Of a DNA stretch of 64,000 nt, positions 34,301-42,782 are shown piece by piece. Under the pieces are notes generated by a model that saw nothing but the letters and a program-made list of their open reading frames with translations, did not search any database and was not told the DNA's origin. This DNA comes from a bacterium (GTDB lineage Bacteria; Patescibacteriota; Minisyncoccia; Minisyncoccales; JAGLPU01). The translations under genes were made by a program, and so were the position numbers. Every line of letters starts with the position of its first letter. The first letter of the stretch is position 1. The stretch spans positions 18,837-82,836 of the forward strand of contig DAOVZN010000001.1 in the NCBI GenBank assembly GCA_030635055.1, given 5' to 3'.

Positions 34301-35884
34301 TTATTTTGCTGGCAGACTAAAATTGAATGTTGACCCTTTCCCCTCTTCTGACTCAAACCAAACTTTTCCATGGTGAGCTTCAATTATGTTTTTAGCTATA
34401 TAAAGACCAAGACCCGAACCTTCTGTTTCCATCCTCAAGGCATTGCCGCTTCGAAAAAACCTTGTATATATCCTGTCTTGCTGATCTTTGGCTATCCCTA
34501 TGCCAGTGTCTTTTATCGAAAATACCATTTCATTCTTCTTCTTGTCGTGCTCAATAGCAACACTTACTTCCCCGTCCTTTTTAGTATACTTTAACGCATT
34601 ATCGAAAAGATTCTGAAGCACTAAGTTTATTTTCTCTACATCAACAGTCAGCTTAGGCACTGCTCTTGGTTTTTTAAAACCAAATTTGATTTCCTTTTTC
34701 TCAAATTCATTTTTGTATAAATCTATCATTTTTTGGACTAGGTCTATAAAAGAAACTTGAGTGAGGTCATAAATATACCTTCCTTCTTCTATTCTAGTCA
34801 CATCTAGAAGGTCATTGATTAAAGCAATCATTCTTTCATTGCTTACATAGATTTTTTCTAGAAATTCTTCCTGTCCTTTATTCACTTCTCCCAAGTCTCC
34901 GTCTATTAACATTTTTATCGTCCATTTAATTGCTGAAAGAGGAGTCCTTAATTGATGGGCTGAAATTGAAACAAACTCTGTCTTCATTTTTTCTATTAAT
35001 TTCCCCCTGGTAACATCGTGAAGAATCACTAATGTTCCTGTCTGCTTTCCTTCTTTTACTATTGGGATTGTGCTCACTTCCAAAATCAACTTTTCGCTTA
35101 TCTTTAACTCTTTTTTAAAAATCTCGTCTATCTTCACATGCTTGCTAGGCCCGCTTAAAATTTCTATTAAAGATTTAATGTTTGGAATTTTTGCCAGTTC
35201 GGCGATAGACTTGCCTGTTACCTCCTGATTTTTAACGGAAAATATCTTTTCTGCCTCGGAATTAATAAGGACCATCTTATTCTCCATGTCAAAATTAATC
35301 AATCCGTCAACAAAATTAGCGACAATAGATAATGTTCTTTCTTTCTCTTCTTCGACCTGTTTTTTTGACTCCTCTGCATCTTCAAGCATGTTTAACAAGG
35401 CCAACCTTGAATTCCTTAGCTCTGTTAATTTGGTTTCCAGCTCTTTGGTTTTTTCTTTTATCTGTTCTTTCAACTCTAAAGGAGAATATGCTTCTTCGTT
35501 TTTATGAATTCTATCTATTACTAAAAAATAACCGTTAAAATAGTTTTGTCTATCTCTTCTGGCTATGGCAGACAAACTGACTAGAATCTCTTTTTTATCC
35601 TTAGTTAAAAAAATTGCTTCTTTTTTAACCGAACCTTTTTGGACAATTTCTTTTTTTAATTCTTCCATAGAAGAATTTTCTTGAAAAAACTTTTCAATAT
35701 CTTCGCCAGCCATTTCAACCTGAGTATAGCCGAAAACCTGCTCTAGCTTTTCATTAATATCTAAAATAAAATGAAGAGAATTCACGTAGCACAAAGGCAA
35801 AGGCAGAAATTTCCAAAAATCATAAAGATATCCTTCTGATGCTCCTGCCTCCTGCCAGGAGTTTTTTTCTTTTGAGTCTTCCAT
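34301..35884 (-). CDS. cytoplasmic PAS-domain sensor histidine kinase
   Basis: Two PAS-like regions and a coiled coil. H-box SISAHQLRTPLSAI, N-box QNLFDNALKYT, G-boxes DTGIGI and GSGLGLYI. Confidence 0.85.
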   Translation of the reverse strand: MEDSKEKNSWQEAGASEGYLYDFWKFLPLPLCYVNSLHFILDINEKLEQVFGYTQVEMAGEDIEKFFQENSSMEELKKEIVQKGSVKKEAIFLTKDKKEILVSLSAIARRDRQNYFNGYFLVIDRIHKNEEAYSPLELKEQIKEKTKELETKLTELRNSRLALLNMLEDAEESKKQVEEEKERTLSIVANFVDGLINFDMENKMVLINSEAEKIFSVKNQEVTGKSIAELAKIPNIKSLIEILSGPSKHVKIDEIFKKELKISEKLILEVSTIPIVKEGKQTGTLVILHDVTRGKLIEKMKTEFVSISAHQLRTPLSAIKWTIKMLIDGDLGEVNKGQEEFLEKIYVSNERMIALINDLLDVTRIEEGRYIYDLTQVSFIDLVQKMIDLYKNEFEKKEIKFGFKKPRAVPKLTVDVEKINLVLQNLFDNALKYTKKDGEVSVAIEHDKKKNEMVFSIKDTGIGIAKDQQDRIYTRFFRSGNALRMETEGSGLGLYIAKNIIEAHHGKVWFESEEGKGSTFNFSLPAK

Positions 35885-36513
35885 TATGATTGGTTTTTTA
35901 TTTTTAATTTTAGTTCTTTATTTTTTTCTTTTAGTTCCGCCATTTTTAACTCTCTGCCAACTGCCATCTTGCGCCATTGTTCCAGCTCGTCAATCTGTTC
36001 CTGGAGCTCTTTGGTTCTTGCTTCCACTTGGTCCTCAAGTGTTTCATTAAGCTCTCTTAAAGCCCTGGTTTTAGCCTTAACTTTCACTTCCAGCACCATT
36101 CTTATTTCTTCTGAGTCTTCTTTCGCTTTTTGCAGTTTATCCAAGCCCGGCTCTGTCTTATCTTTGCCTCTTTCCGAAAATACAGCCAGTCCGCCGACAA
36201 ATTTGTCTGTTTTGTCTGTTAATGGCAAAAGGCTTAAAACAATAGAGATTTCTTTTTTATTTTTGCCCAAGAAAAAAGTATCAAGTTTTTTTGCCTTTTT
36301 TATCTCTTTCTCAAATAAGCTGTCAATTTTTCTTTTTTCCCTGCCAGAGATCAAAGCAAATAAAGGCTTGTTGGTTAATTCTTTCAATTTGTAGCCGCTG
36401 AAATTCTTCCAGCGCTTATTGCTATATTTAATACGCCCTTTTTGGTCAAACAGCACCAAGGGGTCAATATAGTCGTCAAAGATTTTTTGGAATAAAAAGA
36501 GATTTTTTATCAT
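35884..36513 (-). CDS. PAS domain protein with C-terminal coiled coil (no output enzyme)
   Basis: N-terminal PAS-like fold (FDQKGRIKYSNKRWKNFSGYKLKEL) and a C-terminal coiled coil ending in VGRELKMAELKEKNKELK. 1-nt overlap with the kinase start. Confidence 0.6.
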   Translation of the reverse strand: MIKNLFLFQKIFDDYIDPLVLFDQKGRIKYSNKRWKNFSGYKLKELTNKPLFALISGREKRKIDSLFEKEIKKAKKLDTFFLGKNKKEISIVLSLLPLTDKTDKFVGGLAVFSERGKDKTEPGLDKLQKAKEDSEEIRMVLEVKVKAKTRALRELNETLEDQVEARTKELQEQIDELEQWRKMAVGRELKMAELKEKNKELKLKIKNQS

Positions 36514-37434
36514 TTAAAAAAGAGTCATATTATTTGTTTGTTCTTTTTCCTTTGACAGCCTTTTCGCTAGGCTATGAAACCCAAACTTTTCCAATGTCTC
36601 TGCTGTTTTTTCTTCATCAAAACCGCGCCAAACGCATTTCTTTAAATCAAATTCAAAAGACACATCGCACTTAATTTGACCTAATTCCTTGGAAAGAAGG
36701 GCTGAATCTTTATTGTCTATCAATAGTTTTCTTAATTTTTCTCTGATTTTTTCGGATTGTCGGTCAAGCTCTTGATAAAGATTTTCAATACTATCGAATT
36801 CTTGAATTAATTGAATGGCTGTTTTTTCTCCAATACCTGGAACGCCGGGAATATTATCAGAGGGATCGCCTCTTAATCCTTTAAAGTCTGCCAACTGATC
36901 TGGAGTCAATCCTTGATACTTTTCTTTTACCAGTCGCTCGTCGTATAAAACGATATCTTTGAGCCCCTTTCTTAAAGTATAAACTTTTGTTTGCTCGTTG
37001 ACCAGCTGCAAGGCATCCATGTCTCCGGTTAAAATAATAGTTTCTACGTCAAAAGACTTTTTTGTTAAATGCGCAATCGTGCCAATGATATCATCTGCTT
37101 CGTATCCTTGCTTTTCAAAAACTGGAATGTCAAAATCTCTTAAAACACTTTTTACTTTTGGAATTTGCTCATAAAGCTCGTCCGGAGCCTTAACCCTTTT
37201 CCCTTTATAATCCTTAAACTTTTTATGGCGGAAAGTGGGACCGGGCAGATCAAAGGTAGCAGCGATATAGTCCGGTTCCAACTCTTTGACAACTTTGAAA
37301 AAGATTGACAAGAAGCCATAAACAGCGTTTACCAATTCTCCTTTTGGCGTGGTCAGCGGAGGAAGGGCGTGATAAGCCCGATGGATTAAGGCGTTACTGT
37401 CAATAACCACCAAGCGCTTCTTTTCTTTTTTCAT
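36514..37434 (-). CDS. 5'-3' exonuclease (Pol I N-terminal domain-like FEN)
   Basis: LVVIDSNALIHRAYHA, EADDIIGT, GDMDALQL and GVPGIGEKTA (H3TH). Confidence 0.85.
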   Translation of the reverse strand: MKKEKKRLVVIDSNALIHRAYHALPPLTTPKGELVNAVYGFLSIFFKVVKELEPDYIAATFDLPGPTFRHKKFKDYKGKRVKAPDELYEQIPKVKSVLRDFDIPVFEKQGYEADDIIGTIAHLTKKSFDVETIILTGDMDALQLVNEQTKVYTLRKGLKDIVLYDERLVKEKYQGLTPDQLADFKGLRGDPSDNIPGVPGIGEKTAIQLIQEFDSIENLYQELDRQSEKIREKLRKLLIDNKDSALLSKELGQIKCDVSFEFDLKKCVWRGFDEEKTAETLEKFGFHSLAKRLSKEKEQTNNMTLF

Positions 37435-37455
37435 ATTCCTATTTTAACACAGATA

Positions 37456-37890
37456 TTAGAAAGCTTCTATTTTTCGGGTTGTCTCGTCTATAAAATCAAA
37501 CTTAAGAATTATTATCTCTTTTGGCAAAAGCTGTCGCGCCTTTTCCGCCCACTCAATCGCCACTATGTTTTTCGGATCGGAAATAATTTCTTTAAAGCCA
37601 AGAGTCAATAATTCTTTTGGTTCTTGAATCCGGTAGCAGTCAAAATGATAAAAAGATTGATATGAACCGGATAAAGAATATTTCTTAAAAACAGCAAAAG
37701 TAGGGCTAAGGATTTTTTCTTTAATCCCCAGCCCTGCTCCAAATCCCTGTAAAAAAGTTGTCTTACCTGCTCCTAGATCCCCTTCCAGGCCAATGATTAC
37801 TGCCATTTCCGCGGAAGTCCGCGTAATCTCTTTTGCCAGGATACTTCCTGCTTTTTTTGTTTGTTTAAAATTTTCAGTTAAAATTTCCAT
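37456..37890 (-). CDS. tsaE: tRNA t6A37 biosynthesis protein TsaE
   Basis: P-loop GDLGAGKTTF and HFDCYR motifs. I place the start at the internal MEILTENF (37890) because the 36 upstream residues of the track ORF look non-native. Confidence 0.75.
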   Translation of the reverse strand: MEILTENFKQTKKAGSILAKEITRTSAEMAVIIGLEGDLGAGKTTFLQGFGAGLGIKEKILSPTFAVFKKYSLSGSYQSFYHFDCYRIQEPKELLTLGFKEIISDPKNIVAIEWAEKARQLLPKEIIILKFDFIDETTRKIEAF

Positions 37891-38057
37891 AAGACCTCTT
37901 GCGAAATAACTTTTCGCAACGAAAATTAATAATTTTGAACGAAAATTGTGAAGAACGAGAAGGCATATACGATGTATATGGCGACGAGTTCTGAACAATT
38001 TGCAGCCAAAATTTTTAATTTGCAGTAGAAAGTGTTATTTTTGTAAGAGGGCTAAGA

Positions 38058-38086
38058 TTGACTGTTTGTAAAAAATAAGTTAATTT
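38058..38086 (+). promoter_or_regulatory. candidate promoter TTGACT-17-TAATTT
   Basis: -35 at 38058-38063 and -10 at 38081-38086, 12 nt before the ATG at 38099. Confidence 0.35.
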
Positions 38087-38098
38087 GGAGATAATCTT

Positions 38099-39193
38099 AT
38101 GGCAGAACCAATAATAGAAGCAAAGGAACTTATCCAAGACGCGCATAACATCTCTATCTTGCTTTCGGACATTCAAGAAGACAATTTGACAAGCGCCATA
38201 GCTCTTTTCCATAGTTTAAAAAAGCGGGCAAAAAAAGCAGTTATCCTGCTACCGGCCTCCTCGTTGGCGAATCTCCAATCTCTAAGGATTTATAAATTAT
38301 TGCAGCCGAAAAACTTTGTTATTTCTATTGACACCTCACAGAATAAAGTTTCGGAAATATTCTACGAAAAAAACGAAAAAAATCTGAAAATCTGTTTAGC
38401 TTTAAGCTCGGGCCACATTGAAGAAAAAAACATTGATTTTTCCTTTCTTTCCTTTAAATCTTTAGACACTCTTAAAGAGGAAAAATTTGATTTGTTAATA
38501 ACCTTGGGCGTTCAGAATTCAGAAGATTTATTTAAAAAACAAGAAACTCCTATTTTAAATATTGATAATCACCCTGACGGCAAGAACTTTGGCAAAGTGA
38601 ATATAAGAGAACCTCAGTTTTCTATAGCGCAAACCTTGATTGAGCTCATTAATGAAATGGATAAAAATATTGCCACTCCCCTTTTAGCGGGAATGATATA
38701 TTTTTCTATCCAAAGAGAAACAACTATCCAGCCGAAAGTTTTTAAGGCTATCTCTTATCTTATCAAAAAAGACGGAGATATCCAAAAAATAATCCAGCAT
38801 CTTAAGACTGAAACAGAATTGCCAAACAACTCTGTAAAACAAATTTCACAAATCCGGCTGCTGGCAAAAGTTCTGGAAAAACTGGACTATGATAAAGACA
38901 AACAACTATATTGCGCAGTTCTGACAAACGAAGATTTTGAAAAATTGGAAGCCAGCTCTTTGGATTTAAATTTTGTAATCACAGAATTGAAAAATGCTTG
39001 GCATTTCCCTTGTTTACTCGTTCTCTGGGAAGACAAGACCGCGACTAAAGGGGTTTTCTATTCTCCTCAGCCAGAAGCAATCAAAAAAATTCTGGAAAAC
39101 TTTACCGGAACGCTAAAGGGCGAAGGAGGAATATTCCTGATTCAAGAAGTAGATCTTGAAACAGCTAAAAAGAAAATTTTAAAACTATTATGA
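38099..39193 (+). CDS. degenerate DHH/DHHA1-like (NrnA-like) protein, probably non-catalytic
   Basis: 364 aa. NrnA-like layout with altered signature positions: ISILLSDIQEDNLTSAIAL replaces H..PDGD..GS, IDNHPDGKNFG replaces IDHH, and GEGGIF replaces GGGH. ATGA overlap with the downstream ATPase. Confidence 0.4.
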   Translation: MAEPIIEAKELIQDAHNISILLSDIQEDNLTSAIALFHSLKKRAKKAVILLPASSLANLQSLRIYKLLQPKNFVISIDTSQNKVSEIFYEKNEKNLKICLALSSGHIEEKNIDFSFLSFKSLDTLKEEKFDLLITLGVQNSEDLFKKQETPILNIDNHPDGKNFGKVNIREPQFSIAQTLIELINEMDKNIATPLLAGMIYFSIQRETTIQPKVFKAISYLIKKDGDIQKIIQHLKTETELPNNSVKQISQIRLLAKVLEKLDYDKDKQLYCAVLTNEDFEKLEASSLDLNFVITELKNAWHFPCLLVLWEDKTATKGVFYSPQPEAIKKILENFTGTLKGEGGIFLIQEVDLETAKKKILKLL

Positions 39194-40485
39194 TGCGCAA
39201 AACTACCGGAGAAATAAAAATATCTCCAGAAATACTTGATCAAATCAAAAAAAGCATTAAAAGCCTTTCTGATTTGGGAAAAAAAATTAAAGAGTCCTCC
39301 TTTAGAAACACAACCGAGGTCTTAGAAATTATCTTAGCCAGCCTGATTATTTTGGAAGCTTCTGATGTTCATATTGAACCGGAAGAAGAGAAAACCAAGA
39401 TAAGAGCCAGAATCGATGGAATGCTGCACAGGGTAACCTTTATTGAAAACAGCCTTTACAGCGCTCTTGCCTCTCGCATTAAACTAATTTCCGGCATTAA
39501 ACTAAACATAAAGAACCGACCTCAAGACGGCAGGTTCTCAATAGATGTAGAAGAAGGCCAGACTATTGAGATTAGAAGCTCTACTCTCCCCTCTGAACAT
39601 GGCGAATCAATAGTGATGAGAGTTCTTAACCCTAAAAATTTGATTAGCATTGAAGAATTGGGACTAAGAGAAGATTTATTGCAAATTTTTAATAAACAAG
39701 CGAAAAAACCTAACGGAATGATTATTATTACCGGTCCCACCGGTTCCGGTAAAACAACCACCTTATACGCTTTCTTAAAAAAAGCTCAATCTCCGGAAAT
39801 TAAAATCATTACGATTGAAGACCCGATTGAATACCATTTGTCGGGAATTTCCCAAACTCAGACAGCTCCGGAGCAAGGATATGATTTTGCTTCCGGATTG
39901 AAATCATTAATGAGGCAGGATCCGGATATAATTTTAGTCGGAGAAATCAGAGACGCTGAAACAGCCAGAATCACTATTCAGGCCGCCTTAACCGGACATT
40001 TTGTGCTCACAACTCTGCATACTAACGATACCGCAGGAACAATCGCCAGATTAATTACTTTAGGAGCAAGTCCTTCAAACATTGGACCGGCTTTAAATAT
40101 GGTTGTCGCTCAAAGACTAGTAAGAAAGGTTTGCCAAAAATGCGGAGGGCTCAAGGCTCCTTCCCTCGAAGAAAAAAAGAAAATAAAAAAAGGATTGGCT
40201 AAAATTCCAGCCAATGTTAAAATTCCAAAAATTACCCAAATCCCGGAAGTTAAAGGATGTAAATATTGCAATAAGAGTGGCTATAGAGGAAGAGTAGCAA
40301 TTTCCGAAGCTTTGATTATGGATGCAAAAATGGAAAAATTTATTTTAACCAATACTTCCATTTCCGCTTTTAAAGAAGAAGCAGTTAAACAAGGAATGAC
40401 CACCGTTTATCAAGACGGATTAATAAAAGTTCTTAATGGTATTACCACCATAGAAGAAATAGAAAGAGTAGTTGGTAAAAAATAA
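39190..40485 (+). CDS. type II/IV secretion system ATPase (GspE/PilB family)
   Basis: Walker A GPTGSGKTTT, Asp box and Walker B (ILVGEIRD), His box (TGHFVLTTLHTND), and a tetracysteine motif (CQKCGG...CKYCNKSG). Confidence 0.85.
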   Translation: MMRKTTGEIKISPEILDQIKKSIKSLSDLGKKIKESSFRNTTEVLEIILASLIILEASDVHIEPEEEKTKIRARIDGMLHRVTFIENSLYSALASRIKLISGIKLNIKNRPQDGRFSIDVEEGQTIEIRSSTLPSEHGESIVMRVLNPKNLISIEELGLREDLLQIFNKQAKKPNGMIIITGPTGSGKTTTLYAFLKKAQSPEIKIITIEDPIEYHLSGISQTQTAPEQGYDFASGLKSLMRQDPDIILVGEIRDAETARITIQAALTGHFVLTTLHTNDTAGTIARLITLGASPSNIGPALNMVVAQRLVRKVCQKCGGLKAPSLEEKKKIKKGLAKIPANVKIPKITQIPEVKGCKYCNKSGYRGRVAISEALIMDAKMEKFILTNTSISAFKEEAVKQGMTTVYQDGLIKVLNGITTIEEIERVVGKK

Positions 40486-40486
40486 G

Positions 40487-40610
40487 CTTGAAGCCGCAGG
40501 TAAAATAAACTTTAGCTTAGCACTAAGGGTGAGGAAATTTCCGAGGCGTAAATTAGTTCTCACCAATTTACCCGTCTAAGAAATTTCCCCTATTACCTGC
40601 AGTTTCAAAC
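40487..40610. ncRNA. candidate structured RNA / complex hairpin element in the pilB-ruvB spacer
   Basis: Nested inverted repeats. The outer stem pairs 40487-40507 with 40591-40610 (GCAGGTA/TACCTGC core). The inner long stem pairs GGAAATTTC..AGGCG (40533-40548) with CGTCT..GAAATTTCC (40573-40588). The apical stem is TAAATT/AATTTA. Loop CTCACC (40559-40564) is complementary to GGTGAG (40528-40533). Confidence 0.3.
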
Positions 40611-40661
40611 TTATTATTTTTTAAACGCGTTGCAACAGTATTCTACAATAATACTTTAAAA

Positions 40662-41666
40662 ATGTCAAGCCCTCGAAGCATAAAACAAAAAGATCCGCTC
40701 CTGGATTCCGCTTTGCGGCCTAAAACATGGGATTCATACATTGGACAGGACAAGATAAAAAAGAATATTAAAATAATTGTTTCAGCTGCTAAAAAGAGAG
40801 ATGAAGCTCCTGAACACATTCTTTTTTATGGCGGGCCGGGTTTAGGAAAGACCACTCTGTCCCATATTATCGCCCATGAAATGGAAGCGGACATAAAAGT
40901 AACTTCCGGACCGGCGATTGAAAGAGCCGGCGATTTGGTGGCGATTTTAAGCAATCTATCCGAAGGAGATGTTCTTTTTCTGGATGAATGCCATCGAATA
41001 AATAAAACCTGTGAAGAATATCTTTATTCGGCCATGGAAGATTTTAAACTAAATTTGATTTTAGGTAAGGGTCCGATGGCCAGAACAATGGAGTTAAATA
41101 TCCCCCACTTTACTTTAATCGGAGCCACAACCAGAATCGCTTTAATTTCATCGCCATTAAGAGACCGTTTTGGGGCAACCTTTCAACTTTCCTTCTATAA
41201 AAATGAGGATATTGAAAAAATAATCCAAAGGTCAGCCAAGCTTTTGAAGATAGGCATATCTCCGCAAGCCTGCAAGATTATTGCCGAGCGCTCACGATTT
41301 ACTCCCAGAGTTGCCAACCGCCTGCTTAAAAGGGCCAGAGACTTCGCTCAAATAAAAGAAAAAGATGTTATCGCCGAAGAAGTTGCTATTGAGGCGCTGG
41401 AGGCGCTGGAAATAGATAAAATGGGGCTAGAAAACGAAGACAGAAGGATACTGAAAATAATCATTGAAAGGTTTGACGGCGGACCGGTGGGAATACAGGC
41501 TTTAGCCGCGGCCGCGGCCGAAGAAGAAGACGCTATCCTAGAAATTTACGAACCATATCTAATGCAGCTTGGGCTTATTGAGAGAACTCATAGAGGCAGA
41601 ATGGCAACAAAGCTGACTTATCAGCATTTGGGGATAGAATACAAGAAGCAAGACAGTTTGCTATAA
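40662..41666 (+). CDS. ruvB: Holliday junction DNA helicase RuvB
   Basis: LRPKTWDSYIGQ, Walker A GPGLGKTT, Walker B LFLDECHR, and the sensor region. Confidence 0.93.
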   Translation: MSSPRSIKQKDPLLDSALRPKTWDSYIGQDKIKKNIKIIVSAAKKRDEAPEHILFYGGPGLGKTTLSHIIAHEMEADIKVTSGPAIERAGDLVAILSNLSEGDVLFLDECHRINKTCEEYLYSAMEDFKLNLILGKGPMARTMELNIPHFTLIGATTRIALISSPLRDRFGATFQLSFYKNEDIEKIIQRSAKLLKIGISPQACKIIAERSRFTPRVANRLLKRARDFAQIKEKDVIAEEVAIEALEALEIDKMGLENEDRRILKIIIERFDGGPVGIQALAAAAAEEEDAILEIYEPYLMQLGLIERTHRGRMATKLTYQHLGIEYKKQDSLL

Positions 41667-42751
41667 TGCTTAAAGCAATTATCTTTTTAATAATCATTTT
41701 TTGGCCGCCAGCCGTAATGGCGGCTGATTTTTTAACCGTTGTTATTGATAAGATTACATGGATGGGAAACAAAGATTCCCATAGTAACGAATGGATTGAA
41801 CTTTATAATAATTCCTCAGTTCCTGTTGTTCTTGACAACTGGAAATTAATCGCGGAAGATGGAAGCCCGGAAATCAATTTAATCGGCGAAATTGCCGGGC
41901 AAGACTTCTTTCTCTTGGAGAGGTCAGATGATGAAACAGTTCCGGAGATTGAAGCTGACTTGATTTATACTAAAAGCTTGAACAATGATGGTGAAAGCTT
42001 AAAGCTTATCAACGAACAAGGAAAAGTAATAGACGAAGTAAATTGTTCCGCGGGCTGGTTTGCTGGAGACAATGAGACTAAACAGACCATGAAAAGAAAA
42101 AGTCCTAATGTTTCGGGGAACAATCCTGACAACTGGCAAACTGGCCAAAATACAACTAAGACAAAAGAAGCCAAGCCTCTTTTGTCTTATTCTGATGGAA
42201 TTGTGATTAATGAAGTTCTCCCCTCTCCGGAAGGCCCTGACGCTGATAACGAATGGATTGAATTTCTCAATCAAAATGATTTTGCTGTTGATTTGTCCGG
42301 CTGGAAAATCTCTGACACTGAAGGAAAAACTAAAATATATGTTTTTCCGGAGAAAACAAATATTAAGGCAAATTCTTTTCTTTTGCTTTCTCGAACAGAA
42401 AGCAAAGTCACTCTGAACAATAATGGTGATGGAATACAGCTTATTCAACCTGACGGAAACATTATAGATAATGTAAATTGGGGGCAAGCTGCTAAGAACC
42501 AGTCATACGGCCGAACCGAATCCGGGTGGAAGTGGATTTCTGATTTAACTCCTAATTCAGCTAATGCTGTTTTAAAAATAACAAAAACCAACCCTACTAA
42601 GAATATAGAGAAAAAAGAACCTAAAATTAGCTCAAAAGTCTTCACCTCTTCAGCGAAAGACTCCAGTTTCTCTTTGTCAGCCGCTCTAGTAGTGGCTCTT
42701 CTGTCCGGTGGAATAATAATCTTTCTTAAAAGAACAATTAATCAGGCTTGA
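41666..42751 (+). CDS. secreted/anchored protein with two lamin-tail-domain (LTD)-like modules
   Basis: Signal/TM at the N-terminus and a C-terminal TM (ALVVALLSGGIIIFL). Two repeats of the pattern NEWIELYN..., W.L.D..G and NN.GD.+.L. Confidence 0.65.
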   Translation: MLKAIIFLIIIFWPPAVMAADFLTVVIDKITWMGNKDSHSNEWIELYNNSSVPVVLDNWKLIAEDGSPEINLIGEIAGQDFFLLERSDDETVPEIEADLIYTKSLNNDGESLKLINEQGKVIDEVNCSAGWFAGDNETKQTMKRKSPNVSGNNPDNWQTGQNTTKTKEAKPLLSYSDGIVINEVLPSPEGPDADNEWIEFLNQNDFAVDLSGWKISDTEGKTKIYVFPEKTNIKANSFLLLSRTESKVTLNNNGDGIQLIQPDGNIIDNVNWGQAAKNQSYGRTESGWKWISDLTPNSANAVLKITKTNPTKNIEKKEPKISSKVFTSSAKDSSFSLSAALVVALLSGGIIIFLKRTINQA

Positions 42752-42782
42752 TTAATCAAAAAAGTTAAGATAAAATTAAAAC

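Noticed and set aside
37891-37998. N-terminal 36-residue extension of the tsaE track ORF (MFRTRRHIHRICLLVLHNFRSK...), and the 29-residue extension of the rpmH track ORF (49087-49173).
   Set aside because: The extensions are non-conserved-looking and cover promoter or DnaA-box sequence. Internal Met starts give proteins of canonical length.
41999-42487. 162-aa minus-strand ORF. Many other track ORFs of 60-140 aa overlap annotated genes, for example 569-865, 1328-1639, 4802-5185, 6529-6867, 18509-18907, 24398-24766, 31661-32050, 35969-36394, 43270-43596.
   Set aside because: They are antisense or off-frame shadows within well-supported CDSs. None has a start context, motifs or independent intergenic space.
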